Notes under the pieces: model-generated
The model's database searches: none
The model's input: the letters and a program-made list of their open reading frames with translations, nothing else
Told to the model about the DNA's origin: nothing
Position numbers and translations under genes: made by a program
Source: Chiloscyllium plagiosum
Taxonomy: Eukaryota
DNA: 64,000 bases
NCBI RefSeq assembly: GCF_004010195.1
Contig: NC_057718.1
Coordinates: 12,446,121-12,510,120, forward strand
Direction: 5' to 3'
In this document: positions 61,986 through 64,000 of the stretch, one piece after another
How the letters are laid out: every line of letters begins with the position of its first letter
Numbering within the stretch: position 1 is the stretch's first letter

Positions 61986-64000
61986 TATAAACGTGGTGTA
62001 GAGGCCAATGAAAGGGTTAATGCCAAGACAGGCTCCACAGGAAGGGAAGTGGCTGTTAGGCCACTCTAAGTGTAGACATTTCCTAAAATGCTTCCTATCA
62101 CTTTGAAATTAAATCACATCTGTTCCAGCTCAAAGTCTCTGATGAGGTGGCTGGTACAGAACACTGAGTGGGATCAGTACTGATAAGGTTCATCTCTCTC
62201 TGACACAACAGGTGCACCAGTAAAAGCAGTTTATTTGCATTGTGATAATGATTTCCCTCCAACTGTTGTTAATGAATTACTAAAACAGTTAATAAATGCA
62301 ACCCAGCAAAATGCCTTCCTTTCATAATCAGCTTGGATTGTCTGTTGCTGAATGTGAGCATCATTGGAACTTCCAACTAATGGAAATACTGAACAAATCC
62401 CAGAATGGAACTTGACTTGTAAGCTTATATATTTAACTTTTGCAGTTAGTTAACGTGATGGTTGGTCACGGCAACATATTCACAAGAGGCTGCAGATGTT
62501 CTTTGACAACAGAACATTAGTTTATTACACGAAGGAAAAAGCAAAATTTTCTAAATTTAGAAGACAGTTAAGAGCTTTACACAATCATTAAAGCAGTTTT
62601 AATTTACTTCCCAACATTATCCTTGTACAATTAATTAAATACAATTTACAATTAATTTTACTGAATTCTAAAGAAATATCACCCCATCTCAGCTTTTTAA
62701 ATCATTACTTATAACATTTCTCAATTTCTTGAAGTGCTGCAACCTTTTTTAAAAGATTCCTTTCGAGCGTCTACTGACATTACCTCTCACAATTCAAATA
62801 ATCTAAATGTTCTCAGTCCTAACAACTTGCAGACTCCTATCCAAACTCTCTTGGCCTGGAAGCTTCACAGACTAGAAACCACTTTTTTAATATATAATTT
62901 ACTTGTAGGTTGTGGGTATCTCTGGCTCGGTAGTTATTGCCCATCCCTAATTGCCTAGAGGGCAGTTAAGAGTCAACCACATTGCTGTGGGTCTGGAGTC
63001 ACATGTAGGCCAGACCAGGTAAGGATGGCAGTTTCCTTCCCTAAAGGGCATTAGTGAACCAGATGCACTTTTCCAACAATTGTCAGTGGTGTCACGGTCA
63101 TCATCTGTTCCTTAATTCCAGATTCTTTACTGATTTAAATTCCACTATGGCGGGATTTGAACCTGGGTCCCTAGAAGATGAGATGAATTTCAGCAATAAT
63201 CGCATTAGGCTGTTGCCTCCCTGATAGTACCACCAGCTAATACCATATGTTGAGTTGACTCAGTTCCCTGAACTCACTTGATTCTTCTGTCAGGAGGAAT
63301 TATTCTATTTTCTGAACTGAACTCTGAAGTAACTAAAACATTAAGCCTTCTGCTCTGAAGTCATAACTAAAGTAGTTACCTTTGTGTTTATCTGGCCTGT
63401 CATAAACACAACAGTATAAACATTTAACTCATTAACAGTCCAGATGTTCTCCTTGGCACTTTACTGCAGCCACATGCTTTCTTGAAACTGATGTATTTAG
63501 TTCACTGTTCCAAATTGACATCTTGACCTTTTAAGTATCACAGAACTGATCCACAATCATCTGATTTTGTCTTGAAATCCAAATCCAAAAATATAATATG
63601 TAGTACACCTTTCAGCCCAGTACAATGTAATTGTCTGTCTCAGATTGTTCCTGGAAGATATTAGAAACTGTTAAGGTCCCTTTCACTGTGAAGTGAAAGC
63701 AGTTAGAGTTACATTCATATCCAGATAGGGTGTGCCTTGGAGGTGAACTCAGGAAGTGATGGATGATTGCAAGGACATAGAGTCCACGTCAGCGAGGATG
63801 AAGGTCCTGACAAAGTAGCTTTGGTGATTGCTGCAGTGCATGCTAAGTATTGAGAAATCAGTAGCCACAGTGATCAATATTAAATACAGTGGCACACGCA
63901 GTAATAAATGAAGGCTGTACTGTCCTAGTTAGGCATAGCCATTTTAGCATTTCCCATTATTGGTCTGTCTGGAGCATCTGCATTTCCATATATCGATATA

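Overview
Eukaryotic, repeat-dense, apparently non-genic (intergenic or intronic) vertebrate DNA. The repeat content (HE1-type V-SINEs with (TCTAA)n tails, HER1/CR1 LINEs, DeuSINE-like copies) points to a cartilaginous fish, probably a shark; this is inference. I can support no host protein-coding gene, and most ORFs in the track are LINE fragments or noise. The window is a layered mosaic of CR1/L2 LINE fragments (including one CR1 nested in another), several SINE families, Penelope-like elements (a GIY-YIG remnant plus many short TSD-flanked, often fold-back insertions carrying minimal hammerhead-ribozyme-like cores), and very old Harbinger, Tigger/pogo and Gypsy remnants. The most unusual structure is at 15143-15952. 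There a solo LTR contains six copies of one short target site (TAAACAGGAGTGTCA or a truncated form) separated by five poly(A)-tailed fragments of a Tx1-like LINE 3' end, which looks like repeated site-specific retrotransposition into a single site. All family assignments come from motif recognition by eye, with no database search, and boundaries of degenerate repeats are approximate.
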